From a virus (Duplodnaviria; Caudoviricetes), in the IMG/VR virus record IMGVR_UViG_3300044825_002433, positions 1-59,195 of that record: a DNA stretch of 59,195 nt; one strand, 5' to 3'. Position 1 is the stretch's first letter; each line of letters starts with the position of its first letter. A program made the translations under genes and the position numbers. Positions 1 to 9,697 of the stretch are shown here, one piece after another. The notes under the pieces are model-generated. The model did not search any database and was not told the origin of the DNA. It saw only the letters and a list, made by a program, of their open reading frames with translations.

Positions 1-37
1 ACCGTTAGTTCAGGTTCCTTCGTACGCGGCTCAAACT

Positions 38-721
38 ATGCCTGCTCCTGCCGTTGCTGCCGCTGCTGCTCCCGCTGCCGCTGCGGGAACAAATGCGGTT
101 TTGGAAGGAATCATTGCAAACTTAGTAGCGGGGATCGCTACTCAAGGTGCCGAGAAACTACTTTTTAAACCTGGCGGAGATGCTCTCGGGCCTTCTTCGT
201 ACGCCACGGCAGATCCTGCAGGGCGCAGCAAATACTTTACTAGCACTACAGAACAGCTTGCTGTAGAGCAATATTTAAACAACGAGCGTTTCCGTCGGGG
301 TCTGCTTTCGTTGATTCCCGGCGTGGAAGGTAATCTTCCTCCCCTTCCTACTCGGGAAGATATTGTCGGCGGTTTCGTTGACGGGCAGTTTACGGGGGGC
401 GCTGCTCTTCGGGAAGCTCAAGCCGAAAGCCTGACTCGTCGTGAAATTGAGCGTATTCGCGCTGAGAAAGAATACGACTACGCCGCACGTTTAGCTGAGG
501 CTCAGGCAAGCATCCAACGCGAGAAAGTTAAGTCCTTGGCGGAGGCTCAAGCCCGCGTGGAATCTCAGAAAGTTTCGTCTCTGGGTGACGTTCAGCGTCA
601 GCGTCTGCAATCTCAGTACGGAACGGCTGGAAATCTCTTAGATGCAGCCATTAAAAACATTGCTTTCCGAGATAAGATTGAGTCAGCCGATACTCTTACT
701 GAGTTAGCGAGGGCAGTCTAA
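38..721 (+). CDS. Hypothetical Ala-rich protein, possibly internal virion protein; may start upstream of the window
   Basis: 227-aa ORF; frame open back to the window edge; coiled-coil-like C-terminus. Confidence 0.55.
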   Translation: MPAPAVAAAAAPAAAAGTNAVLEGIIANLVAGIATQGAEKLLFKPGGDALGPSSYATADPAGRSKYFTSTTEQLAVEQYLNNERFRRGLLSLIPGVEGNLPPLPTREDIVGGFVDGQFTGGAALREAQAESLTRREIERIRAEKEYDYAARLAEAQASIQREKVKSLAEAQARVESQKVSSLGDVQRQRLQSQYGTAGNLLDAAIKNIAFRDKIESADTLTELARAV

Positions 722-722
722 G

Positions 723-1532
723 ATGGCGGACAACAACCTTGGACTGCGTCTAGCTGGAGCTTTTCTAGGTGCTCCCTTAGGTCCTCTCGGAATAGCTGCT
801 GGATATAACGCTGCTCCGTCTGTTGCTGGGTTTTTTGGTGGGGAGCAGAAAAAAGAACCAAAGATTGGTACTGTTCTTTCTTACCTAAACGGTAGACCTT
901 ACGAGGTTTATGCAGGTCCTTGGGGCAAACAAACTCTAGGATCTTACGAATCTTTGCGGGCCAAGGCTCCTGGGACTTTCCCAGCCGTGGGCGGAACCGC
1001 AGCTCCCGATAAAAAGCCTGCTCCTAAGGCTCCTTCAACTCCCGCCGCTCCCGTCACAACCCCGGATTGGGAGAGACCTCCAGAGGGTGCAGCTGCTGCT
1101 ATCGCAGAGCAGACAGAGGGGTGGGGAGGTCCTCAAAACATTGGCACCAAAGATTACCCAGCACAAGTTCAAACCACTGGGCAAGATCCTGTCCTAGAAC
1201 GTCTCTTAACTTTTTCCGAAAAAGCCCTCACCCCAGAGTTCTTAAAGCAGCGTACCGACGAAGCCATTCGGCAGTTCGTGGTTACATCCACGGTTGCTGA
1301 AGCTCTCGGGTCTGATAAAGCCGAACAACGTCGTCGCCGTGAAGTTGAATTAGAGAAGATTCGTCAGTGGACTGATCTCGCTAAGACGACTACTGCGGCC
1401 AACGTAATGTCTCAAGCTCTGTTGGGTCAGGCGATGATCGCGTCGCAACAACCTAGCGCTTCGATGGCTGAGGTTCTTGGTAAGGGGGCTTCCGCCGCCC
1501 AACAAGTTCTCGGTCCTCTTTCTTTGAGGTAA
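723..1532 (+). CDS. Hypothetical protein, possibly internal/ejection virion protein
   Basis: 269 aa, Gly/Ala/Pro-rich, tightly packed with neighbours. Confidence 0.55.
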   Translation: MADNNLGLRLAGAFLGAPLGPLGIAAGYNAAPSVAGFFGGEQKKEPKIGTVLSYLNGRPYEVYAGPWGKQTLGSYESLRAKAPGTFPAVGGTAAPDKKPAPKAPSTPAAPVTTPDWERPPEGAAAAIAEQTEGWGGPQNIGTKDYPAQVQTTGQDPVLERLLTFSEKALTPEFLKQRTDEAIRQFVVTSTVAEALGSDKAEQRRRREVELEKIRQWTDLAKTTTAANVMSQALLGQAMIASQQPSASMAEVLGKGASAAQQVLGPLSLR

Positions 1533-1536
1533 TAAG

Positions 1537-2238
1537 ATGGCTGCCAAGTACGAAGGTTTAGCTAACGTTGGAAGTTTTTTGGGTGGTGTCGGGAGTTTTT
1601 TACCCGGTGTTGGTAGTCTTATCGGATCTTTAACGGGTGCCAACCAGCAGCCCGATTACGCTTCTTTATACGCCCAACTAGCGCCCGGTCAATCGCAGAT
1701 CACAACTCAGCAGTACATGCTGGGTGCTGCAATGCAGCCTGTGAGCCAAGCTCAAGGGCTGTTGACGCAGATTTATGGGCAGTCTGCATACGATCAATTT
1801 AAAAATGCGCGAGATAAAGATCAAACCGCTGCCGGTATGCTTGCCGGTATTGCGTCTCAGTACTCGAATGCGGCTATTGGTGCGCAGGATTTAACCAATA
1901 AAGCCAAGATTGCTACAGAGACCTTAGGTCTCGAAACAGCAAGCAAGATGGCTAATACCTATGCCACCGCTGCTGCAAATCTTCAAAATCAAATTTTGAC
2001 CGGTGAGCAAGGAATGCTCCTGCCTACTGCAACCGCAACTGCAGCCGCAGGTCAAACAGCACAGCAGGCTAAGAATCAGTTAGCCGCCAATATTGGCGCA
2101 ACCAACTTAGACATCCGTAAGCAACAGGAAAATACACGAAATGCTATGGCGTTGCAGCGTGCACAAGTTGAGGGCCAACTCGCGCTCAAGCGTTACGGGG
2201 CAGGAATGGCTCTTGCCGGTCAGGCAGCCTTCGCATGA
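1537..2238 (+). CDS. Hypothetical Ala/Gln-rich protein (DNA pilot/ejection-like)
   Basis: Gly-rich hydrophobic N-terminus followed by Q/A-rich helical body. Confidence 0.55.
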   Translation: MAAKYEGLANVGSFLGGVGSFLPGVGSLIGSLTGANQQPDYASLYAQLAPGQSQITTQQYMLGAAMQPVSQAQGLLTQIYGQSAYDQFKNARDKDQTAAGMLAGIASQYSNAAIGAQDLTNKAKIATETLGLETASKMANTYATAAANLQNQILTGEQGMLLPTATATAAAGQTAQQAKNQLAANIGATNLDIRKQQENTRNAMALQRAQVEGQLALKRYGAGMALAGQAAFA

Positions 2239-2765
2239 TTAAGTCCGTAATCGGCGATTCCACCACGGTTGCCTCGTGGTTAGATTCGCTCGATAAAGCT
2301 CAAAAAGACGCGTTTGTCTTTTACGCAAAAAACTCCACCAGTGACATTGAAGCTTACCTCTACGCTCGGTTTCTCCAACCAGGCTATGCGGGTAGCATCT
2401 CAGATTTGACCGCGTGGGTCCAAGAGAAGTACCCCAAAGAAGACCTCCGCAAAGTCTTGCTTAGGGAAATCGACTCCCTGCAGCAAGATATTGCAGAAGT
2501 TAGAGATATGGTAGTGAAGGGTATGTTAGACCCTGCTACGTCTGCTACTAAAGTTTCGGCTCTTCAGAAAGAGCTTCGCAGCCACATTCAAGCTGTTCGA
2601 GCTATTTCGGATGGTGTCGATCGCCGAGGATTGTTACTGGCTGGCGCCGATAGATGTCTGCGAGAGTTGATGCAAACATTCGACGGCCAGCCTACGCTTC
2701 AGTCTTTACTCGAAGACTCCTCGTTGATTGTCTGGTCAACGATCGAACGAGAAGAAAAAAGCTAA
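2235..2765 (+). CDS. Hypothetical helical protein
   Basis: 176 aa, ATGA overlap with upstream stop. Confidence 0.6.
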   Translation: MIKSVIGDSTTVASWLDSLDKAQKDAFVFYAKNSTSDIEAYLYARFLQPGYAGSISDLTAWVQEKYPKEDLRKVLLREIDSLQQDIAEVRDMVVKGMLDPATSATKVSALQKELRSHIQAVRAISDGVDRRGLLLAGADRCLRELMQTFDGQPTLQSLLEDSSLIVWSTIEREEKS

Positions 2766-3847
2766 GTCACTCGTTCCAATCGCTTCATAATTTGCTCTAA
2801 CGGACAGCGGAAAACACCCATATAGGCGTCATTAACTCCTAGAGGCATGACTAACTGGTCGTTCTCCAAATGGGCGCTGAACGGAAGGATGACCGCAGGC
2901 TGCGTGGACATCGGAGATCCTTGGTAATTGGTCCAGCTAATAAGTTTGTCGTTCAGAGATCCGCTGAACAAAGGTTCTTTAATTGTATATAAGACTTTTT
3001 TAAAGTCTTTATCTACGATATATGCCCCTAAATGGTATTGCAGGTATTGCATACCATCTGGTTTATATTGCATATGCTTCCAGTGGTAGAAGATCAAATG
3101 CCCGTAACCAAGGTTGATGGGCGCTGTCGAGTTGAATGTTGGTGTCTTACCAGTAGTCTCATCTAAGACTGATGTGTCTACTGTAAGAGCCTCGCCGGAT
3201 TCTCTTTCGATTATCAGCGGTCTTGTGGCATACAGACAATGGAGTGAGTCCTTATGTGAGAAAAAGCACCAGTTTTTCTCTGTAGCTTTCTTATTCCAGT
3301 TGTTGCCTATTGGAGGGATTGTTGCTTGAACTGCGTTTAGGTGTTCATCGACGTAGCAAACAACAACCTTGGGTTGCTGGAAGATGAAATTTTGTTTGGT
3401 GTCGAAACGACTTGCGTACGTCGAGGCTACAAATTGAACGTATAAATTGTTGTCTGGTCCGATAAACAGTCTCGGATCTTCGTAGCTCAACCGGTGTTTT
3501 TTAGGTCTTAGCTTTTTGGCGCCTAATATTGTGTCGTCTTCAGCCAGTATACCAATATAAATATCCGTAGGTTGGTCATTTAAGTAGAAATACTTGGAGT
3601 CGTATCGGAATCCAAAGGGCTCTGTTTGTCCGCGCCACGCGATGTATGTCGTTCCTTCGTGCCGCACCAAACTGGGGCTGAAGTTGAACAGCGTGCCCCG
3701 TGGCAACCCTTTTTTGATTCGAGTGAAGGTTCCGCCAAGCTTCTCTGCTTGAGCGTAGATATTGGGCACCCCCTCTTCTTCTCTCTTGTTGGGATACAGG
3801 ACGTCGCTATATGCGTACCAATAGCGGTGTGTCGTTTGCGTGCTCAT
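2762..3847 (-). CDS. Beta-propeller glycosidase/glycoside phosphorylase-like protein (GH130-like)
   Basis: FNFSPS, YEDPRLF and EKNWCFF motifs; coupled to the GT4 gene. Confidence 0.6.
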   Translation of the reverse strand: MSTQTTHRYWYAYSDVLYPNKREEEGVPNIYAQAEKLGGTFTRIKKGLPRGTLFNFSPSLVRHEGTTYIAWRGQTEPFGFRYDSKYFYLNDQPTDIYIGILAEDDTILGAKKLRPKKHRLSYEDPRLFIGPDNNLYVQFVASTYASRFDTKQNFIFQQPKVVVCYVDEHLNAVQATIPPIGNNWNKKATEKNWCFFSHKDSLHCLYATRPLIIERESGEALTVDTSVLDETTGKTPTFNSTAPINLGYGHLIFYHWKHMQYKPDGMQYLQYHLGAYIVDKDFKKVLYTIKEPLFSGSLNDKLISWTNYQGSPMSTQPAVILPFSAHLENDQLVMPLGVNDAYMGVFRCPLEQIMKRLERVT

Positions 3848-5016
3848 TCTTGGAGGTCCGAAATGACTTGATTAAAACCGGCGGCCACGGATTCCCAACG
3901 ATATTCTGGCCGCTGGGTCACAGCGTAACATGCTGAAGCTACTTCATCATAGAGATTTTTGTTGTAGTACAGTCCGTTTAAAGCTTCTACAACTTTATCT
4001 ACGTCCACAAGTCCACGTTCAACGCCGAGGTCTTTTTCCACGATCCACGTGGACACATCGACGAGCTCAGCGGCGTCAGACCAAATGTCTCGACAGGCTG
4101 TGTGATTTGGAACCACTTGGGGTTTTCGGCAACTCGCGTGCTCAAAACTCACCAAGCCCCAACCTTCGCCATCAGCTGTGTTCAGACCTACGTCGGTCGC
4201 GTTATAGATCTTATTTAGGTATTCGTCTGGCGGTGCTGCCATGTAGTTCATGTGCTCATTCGTAATAATGAGCCTTTGTTGTTCTTTAATTCCGTTCAGC
4301 TCCATCTCGCGTTTAAACAGAGGGACGATGTCCCACCCCATATCTTTTGCACCCATGTGTGCGTAGAGCATCGCATCGGGTTTGTCTTTTGCGAACCTGG
4401 CAAATGCCTTAATGGTTAGATCGATTCGTTTGCGCGGCTGATTCCGATTTGCATTCAAGACTATGAATTTGTCTGTCGGGAGGCCGAGCTGTCGGCGGGC
4501 TTCGTCACGATCCATAGGCGTGAAGCGGCCCGTATCCACACCATGGGGGATGACCGCGAGTTTCGAAACCTCTGTTTTGTGCGCGAGGATTCGATTCGCA
4601 GACTCAGGTGTAAAAGTGATTGCTAAATCCCAGTATTTTAAGTTTTCAAACATGTCAGAAAAGTACATCTGACTGTCGATTGGGAAGTAGGCGACAAACT
4701 TAAATTTGTGCGTGTGCTTCTGGAATTGGCAGCGCTCCCAGAACTGGTTCACCATCCAGATGTCGTTTAGACAGAAAATAAAATCCGGGCGCTCTATATC
4801 GATAATCTCAGGCACACGTGGCAGACCGAATCGATCGGGGCAGTGCACTGTCCCTGCCGGATAGATCTTGTACGGATAATCGTGCGGGTCTCCTGCGTAG
4901 TTGATGCCTAAAACAACTACTTCGTGTTCTCGACTAAGATACTCCAGCACACTGTGTGTTACTCTTGCAAATCCTGTGTTGCTGCAGGCGTCTCCATACC
5001 AGAGAATTTTCGCCAT
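3844..5016 (-). CDS. GT-B fold glycosyltransferase (GT4-like)
   Basis: TGFARV, IPHGVD, NRNQPRKRID, EGWGLVSFE (E-x7-E). Confidence 0.85.
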   Translation of the reverse strand: MAKILWYGDACSNTGFARVTHSVLEYLSREHEVVVLGINYAGDPHDYPYKIYPAGTVHCPDRFGLPRVPEIIDIERPDFIFCLNDIWMVNQFWERCQFQKHTHKFKFVAYFPIDSQMYFSDMFENLKYWDLAITFTPESANRILAHKTEVSKLAVIPHGVDTGRFTPMDRDEARRQLGLPTDKFIVLNANRNQPRKRIDLTIKAFARFAKDKPDAMLYAHMGAKDMGWDIVPLFKREMELNGIKEQQRLIITNEHMNYMAAPPDEYLNKIYNATDVGLNTADGEGWGLVSFEHASCRKPQVVPNHTACRDIWSDAAELVDVSTWIVEKDLGVERGLVDVDKVVEALNGLYYNKNLYDEVASACYAVTQRPEYRWESVAAGFNQVISDLQE

Positions 5017-5070
5017 TCCTGAAGTAGCATTTAGGTACGGTCACTATAGCGACACTAGCAACTTACTAAC

Positions 5071-6591
5071 ATGCCAAGCCGGGAAACCTTTGCTTATCGC
5101 CGTAACGCCCAAATGAAGGCATTACGTGCTCAAGAGAGTACAGGTTTGGCTATTGAGACTATATACACTAAAGCTGCTGATGATTTCCATACTTTCTGTA
5201 CGTTGCTAGATAAACCCCCAGCGCCCCATATGCTGGAGTGGCACGATCACTTGATAACACATGAGAGTAATAAGTATCTATTAGATATTGCTGGACCAAA
5301 CCTTGATATTCTAGCGCCGAGAGGTTCGGCCAAGTCTACCGTACTTAATATGTTCACTGCATGGTGTATAGGACGTCATACTAGTGCAAAACGACCGTTG
5401 CAGATTATTTATGTCAGTTACAACATCGCCACGGCAATTCCAAAGTCTCGGATCATTCGGCAGATCGTGGATTCCCCAGATTTCCGGAAGATTTTCCCCA
5501 TGTGCCGACTAAAGCCTGGAATGCAGTCGGACATCGGTTGGTCTATTGATTATGAGTACGCAGGTATCCCAAGACTAGGTGATGAAGAATTTACTCTCCG
5601 TGCCGCAGGATTGCGCGGCAGTATCACGAGTAAACGTGCTCACTTGGTATTAGTCGATGACCCTGTTAAGAGTTCTGCCGACATCAAGAACCCCACGATT
5701 AGAGCCGAAATGGATACTAACTGGAGTAGTGTCATCTCTCCCATTATTTTTGAAGGGGGTCGCGCGGTGTGCCTCGGCACTCGCTTCCATCCTTTAGATA
5801 TCCACCGGTCGATGTTTATTCCGGAAAAGGGTTGGAAACAGGTTACGCAAGAAGCGCTTACTTATGACGACAACGGAAATCCAAAAAGTTACTGGCCTTC
5901 GCAGTGGTCAGTTGACTACTTGCTGCAGCAGAAGGAATTAGATCCCGTTGCTTTCTGTTTTCAGTATCAGCAACAGCCCGTGGCGACTTCCGATCTTGTT
6001 GTCTCGCCAGATTTGCTCGTAAAAGGAGAGGTCGTTACTGAATTCGATTCGTTGGCTGTCGGTATTGACTTATCTGCTAGTAAAAACGAAACAAGCGACT
6101 ACACGGCGTTTGTGTTAGGTGGAAGGCTTAAGGATAAATACTACATTATCGATGCGCATCAGTGTCGTTCAATCGGTAATTTGGAGAAGATCGATTTATT
6201 GTGCGATATGTTGTTGGAGTGGGGTATCCTTACGCAACATGACGGGCAGCTGATGCCTACATACTCCACGGTGACCCTTGTGGTTGAATCTGTTGCGTAC
6301 CAAGCTTCGTTGGCTGCGGATCTCAGACGAGTCTTGGTTAACGAACGGGAATTAGGCAACCTCCACATCCACGAGATCAAAGGTTTCCGGGGAGATAAGA
6401 TTGCACGATTCCGAGGCACTCTAGGTCTACTGGAAAATAAGAAGGTTACGTTTAACAAATACCGTAAGTTTGATGCGTTGTTTGATCAGCTAATTAATGT
6501 GGGCGCTACGGCGCACGATGACCTGTTGGATGCGTACGTTTGGCTGGTCACGTTCCTCCAACGTCGAGGGGAGTTTTCAATTGAATACTGA
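5071..6591 (+). CDS. terL: Terminase large subunit
   Basis: Walker A APRGSAKST, Walker B VLVDD, GTRFH coupling motif, nuclease GIDLS and HDDLLDA. Confidence 0.92.
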   Translation: MPSRETFAYRRNAQMKALRAQESTGLAIETIYTKAADDFHTFCTLLDKPPAPHMLEWHDHLITHESNKYLLDIAGPNLDILAPRGSAKSTVLNMFTAWCIGRHTSAKRPLQIIYVSYNIATAIPKSRIIRQIVDSPDFRKIFPMCRLKPGMQSDIGWSIDYEYAGIPRLGDEEFTLRAAGLRGSITSKRAHLVLVDDPVKSSADIKNPTIRAEMDTNWSSVISPIIFEGGRAVCLGTRFHPLDIHRSMFIPEKGWKQVTQEALTYDDNGNPKSYWPSQWSVDYLLQQKELDPVAFCFQYQQQPVATSDLVVSPDLLVKGEVVTEFDSLAVGIDLSASKNETSDYTAFVLGGRLKDKYYIIDAHQCRSIGNLEKIDLLCDMLLEWGILTQHDGQLMPTYSTVTLVVESVAYQASLAADLRRVLVNERELGNLHIHEIKGFRGDKIARFRGTLGLLENKKVTFNKYRKFDALFDQLINVGATAHDDLLDAYVWLVTFLQRRGEFSIEY

Positions 6592-6649
6592 TCTGTCCCA
6601 CGTGGGCGGCACTAGAGTGCAAGAACCTCTCGGCTTGGCCGAGCCCGAC

Positions 6650-7528
6650 ATGCAGGACAAAAAGATTTGGGTTGCGATAACAGCGCACAATCCTTTGGCG
6701 CGTTTGGATTGTTTAATCGGTGTTATTAAGGAGTACTCTAGGTATCCTTGTGAGGTCTCTATTTATGTTTATATTGATTTTGAGTCTCAAGGTGTTGCGG
6801 ATCGGTTAAGCGACATTCTCAATCGTGTCTCTTTTAAGACTGTTGAGATAAAAATCGCACCCCCGGAATTCGAAAACTGGTATTTGACTTGGGCGCACAA
6901 GACGGACCTCGCGCTTGCAATTTTTAACCGCGCTGCAGATATTTATATTTATCAAGAAAATGATATGCACTTAACTTTTGAGAATTTTAAATATTGGTTT
7001 AAGTGGCGCCCTCGACTAAAACCGTTAGGGCTTGAACCGGGGTTTGTTCGGTTTGAAAACTATAAAAATAAGAAAGTGCCCTTCGATAATTATTTTCCGT
7101 ATTCTTTGACGTACCCCACACCTAATGTCTGGGGCAACCGTGGGTTTGAAGTCACCAAAACTTTGGTTATTGATCGAGATGTGGACTTCTTTGTGCAGCT
7201 TGCTAATCCCTACTACGGGGCAATGATTCTTGATCAGAAAGGTGGGGAGCGGTATATCCGATCAGCTAGTTTTGATCCGGAGCGAAGTTATGACCGCGTT
7301 GGTATTCGAAACTGGCCTATTGCCGACAGAAGTTCAATGGGCCTAGCTTTTGAAGATGTTCCTGCAGGGTGTGAGCACTCCCGCTGTGTCCCTGTTTCCC
7401 GCGTGGGGGATCAATACGTTCTATTAGATTCCGGTTTGATTTGGCATGAGGACGATAAATACTCGAAGGAATTAGAGAAACTTCATGGAAATCTGCGAGA
7501 TTGTGCTAATATACTTACACTTAATTAA
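6650..7528 (+). CDS. Putative GT-A fold glycosyltransferase
   Basis: N-terminal VAITAHN strand, YIYQENDM (DxD-like); ATG 6650 preferred over the 6497 start inside terL. Confidence 0.5.
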   Translation: MQDKKIWVAITAHNPLARLDCLIGVIKEYSRYPCEVSIYVYIDFESQGVADRLSDILNRVSFKTVEIKIAPPEFENWYLTWAHKTDLALAIFNRAADIYIYQENDMHLTFENFKYWFKWRPRLKPLGLEPGFVRFENYKNKKVPFDNYFPYSLTYPTPNVWGNRGFEVTKTLVIDRDVDFFVQLANPYYGAMILDQKGGERYIRSASFDPERSYDRVGIRNWPIADRSSMGLAFEDVPAGCEHSRCVPVSRVGDQYVLLDSGLIWHEDDKYSKELEKLHGNLRDCANILTLN

Positions 7529-7534
7529 GGGTCT

Positions 7535-7798
7535 ATGACTGACGCAGTAAATCACCCAGCGCACTATACGCAGGGAGATATTGAGTGCATCGATGCTCTT
7601 AAGTCCGCTCTAGGTCATGAAGGTTTTAAGAGCTATTGCCGAGGTGCTTGTATCAAGTACTTATGGCGTACGGAACATAAAAATGGTTTGGAAGATCTTA
7701 AGAAGTGTGAGTGGTATTTGAGTCGGCTGATAAAAGAAATACAGTCTGAAGATTTGATAGAATATAAGCAGCTCGATCTTGGAATCTTATCTCGGTAA
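7535..7798 (+). CDS. DUF3310 family protein
   Basis: VNHPAHYTQGDIECIDA...KYLWR...KNGLEDLKK. Confidence 0.85.
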   Translation: MTDAVNHPAHYTQGDIECIDALKSALGHEGFKSYCRGACIKYLWRTEHKNGLEDLKKCEWYLSRLIKEIQSEDLIEYKQLDLGILSR

Positions 7799-7844
7799 GG
7801 TTTTAGGAAAATTACGTTAAGTACGGGCCTCTGAGGACTTTTTT

Positions 7845-8072
7845 ATGGCAGAGATCGCCAAAAAGCGGGATCCGGAGAAGTGGGCTCGCGCCAAAGCTAA
7901 GGCTCGCGCAAAGCTCGGTGGTCATTCTGCCCGTGCCATGCAGCTAGCAACTAAATACTATAAAGATGCTGGTGGCCGCTACGAAGGCGGTAAATCTTCT
8001 GAAAATCGCCTTCGGCGGTGGGGTAAAGAAGATTGGCAAACTCGCGAAGAATACGAAAAAGGTTCTAAGTAA
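7845..8072 (+). CDS. Basic protein, N-terminal half of a DUF5872-like domain
   Basis: HSARAMQLATKYYKDAGGRY...RRWGKEDWQT. Confidence 0.6.
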   Translation: MAEIAKKRDPEKWARAKAKARAKLGGHSARAMQLATKYYKDAGGRYEGGKSSENRLRRWGKEDWQTREEYEKGSK

Positions 8073-8299
8073 TGGCTTCTTACACCGCTTCGGATTTAGT
8101 TGCTGCTCTGACGGGGGAGTCCCCCTCTTTTCGGGATAGTCAACTTCTGACTTCTAAAGATTTGTTAAGTGAAATCTATAACCCTAAGTCTAAGGACGCA
8201 TTGCTTGAGCGTTTGATCAATCCGATGAAGGATGAACTCATTCAGCGAGCTTTAATTGATAAAGCTGTTATTTCTGGGCGAAATTCTGGATACGTCTGA
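8072..8299 (+). CDS. Hypothetical protein
   Basis: 75 aa, TAATG and TGATG one-base overlaps on both sides. Confidence 0.6.
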   Translation: MASYTASDLVAALTGESPSFRDSQLLTSKDLLSEIYNPKSKDALLERLINPMKDELIQRALIDKAVISGRNSGYV

Positions 8300-8526
8300 T
8301 GGCGGATTTGGCTCGCGAAAAAGGTCGAACAGAACGGTATCTACCACGTCGAGCGTGGGCGGCCCTCAGCCCTGAAGAACGGCGTGCGACAGATGAGCGT
8401 AAAAAGCAAGCGACGTCTGGTAACAAGCCTGTAAATACTCAGGTTCCAAACACAGAAAAAGCTAGGCGGGCGCGCCGTCTTGCTTCAGAATACTTAAAGC
8501 GTAAACGGGCTGAGTCTGATGGCTGA
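8299..8526 (+). CDS. Basic protein, C-terminal half of a DUF5872-like domain
   Basis: ERYLPRRAWAALSPEE...VPNTEKAR. Confidence 0.6.
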   Translation: MADLAREKGRTERYLPRRAWAALSPEERRATDERKKQATSGNKPVNTQVPNTEKARRARRLASEYLKRKRAESDG

Positions 8527-8836
8527 TTATTTCGGCGCTGCTGGTAACTACTTCGATAAGGCTTTTGCAGCTCAGACGCAGGCAGCTGCTATGCAGAAAG
8601 CTCGGACGTCGGGTCTGTCGGATGATGCTGAAATAAATCCGTATTCCACATCTTTAACTATTGGCGCTATTCCTCCTAACGTCAATCAGGCGGGTACGGA
8701 GCAGGGCGAGATCAACGATTACGTGTCGGACGTTAAAGAGGATTTGTTATCGCAAGCTAAGGAGAAGCGGCGTCCCGTCAATGGCGGTTTAACTGAACGG
8801 GCTTCTGGGGGTATCAATACCGCCGTAATGCGTTAA
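8519..8836 (+). CDS. Hypothetical protein
   Basis: 105 aa, overlaps upstream stop. Confidence 0.55.
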   Translation: MADYFGAAGNYFDKAFAAQTQAAAMQKARTSGLSDDAEINPYSTSLTIGAIPPNVNQAGTEQGEINDYVSDVKEDLLSQAKEKRRPVNGGLTERASGGINTAVMR

Positions 8837-8860
8837 TATGCTGGCAGCTTGTAAGCTGTC

Positions 8861-9697
8861 ATGCTTTTCGATTGCTTTTTATATTTTAACGAAAAAGAGC
8901 TTCTCGAACTTCGCATCGAGATGCTTAAAGATATTGTAGATGGTTTTATCATAACCGATGCTAACAGAACATTTAAGGGAGATCCCAAACCTTTTACGTG
9001 TGTAGATACCATTCGTGAGCTCGGCTTACCGGAGGACAAGATTCAAGTCCTTCACGTCGAGTTGCCTTCTGCTGAGGAAATCGCCAATCCGTGGGCACGA
9101 GAATACGCTCAGCGAGACGCCCTCGCCGTGGGTATGCGAATGACGCCACCCGATTCGGCGTTTTTCTTCAGCGACGTCGATGAGATTCCTAAACCTAGTG
9201 CGTTACTGCGGGCTGTAGATCTAGCTAAGGAAGATCCTGAACGCTGTGTTCGCCTCTCGATGCCCATGTTCTATGGACGCGGTGACCTTCGCGTGATTAA
9301 TCCTGATGGAAAACCTGACGAAGCTCCTAATAATTGGACCTGCGGGACGGTTGTTCTCCACGAGCACTTAACGAAAACTCTTTCCCAAATCCGGATGAAT
9401 CCGAATGATCTGGTTGTGGGAGATTGTGATGCTGGGTGGCACTTCAGCTGGATGGGTGATTCCGAACGTCTTAAGAAAAAAATAACATCGTTCTCTCACT
9501 GTTATGACGATATTCCTAATGCAGTAGCCCCAGCAAACAGTCATGAAATGATGGAGCACTTAGATAAATATGTTCCGGCTGAGGGTTCCACAGATCCCTT
9601 AGGACGTTCAGATCACATTTTGGTTTCTTACCCGCATGAGCTTTTGCCTGCGGAATTGTTTAAACTTGAGAGAGTTACGAAGTATTTGTTGCCGTGA
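8861..9697 (+). CDS. GT17-like beta-1,4-N-acetylglucosaminyltransferase
   Basis: DCFLYFNE, REYAQRD, FFSDVDEIP, AGWHFSW motifs. Confidence 0.8.
   Translation: MLFDCFLYFNEKELLELRIEMLKDIVDGFIITDANRTFKGDPKPFTCVDTIRELGLPEDKIQVLHVELPSAEEIANPWAREYAQRDALAVGMRMTPPDSAFFFSDVDEIPKPSALLRAVDLAKEDPERCVRLSMPMFYGRGDLRVINPDGKPDEAPNNWTCGTVVLHEHLTKTLSQIRMNPNDLVVGDCDAGWHFSWMGDSERLKKKITSFSHCYDDIPNAVAPANSHEMMEHLDKYVPAEGSTDPLGRSDHILVSYPHELLPAELFKLERVTKYLLP

Noticed and set aside
5071-6591. Intein or intron in terminase (also checked portal, thyX and primase)
   Set aside because: Motif spacing is continuous and no splicing motifs were seen
6497-6649. N-terminal extension overlapping terL
   Set aside because: Sequence looks non-conserved and the GT-like fold begins after ATG 6650
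2762-9697. T4-like glucosyl-hmC DNA modification cluster
   Set aside because: No hydroxymethylase or other base-modifying enzyme recognised in the window, and the genes lie in the morphogenesis region
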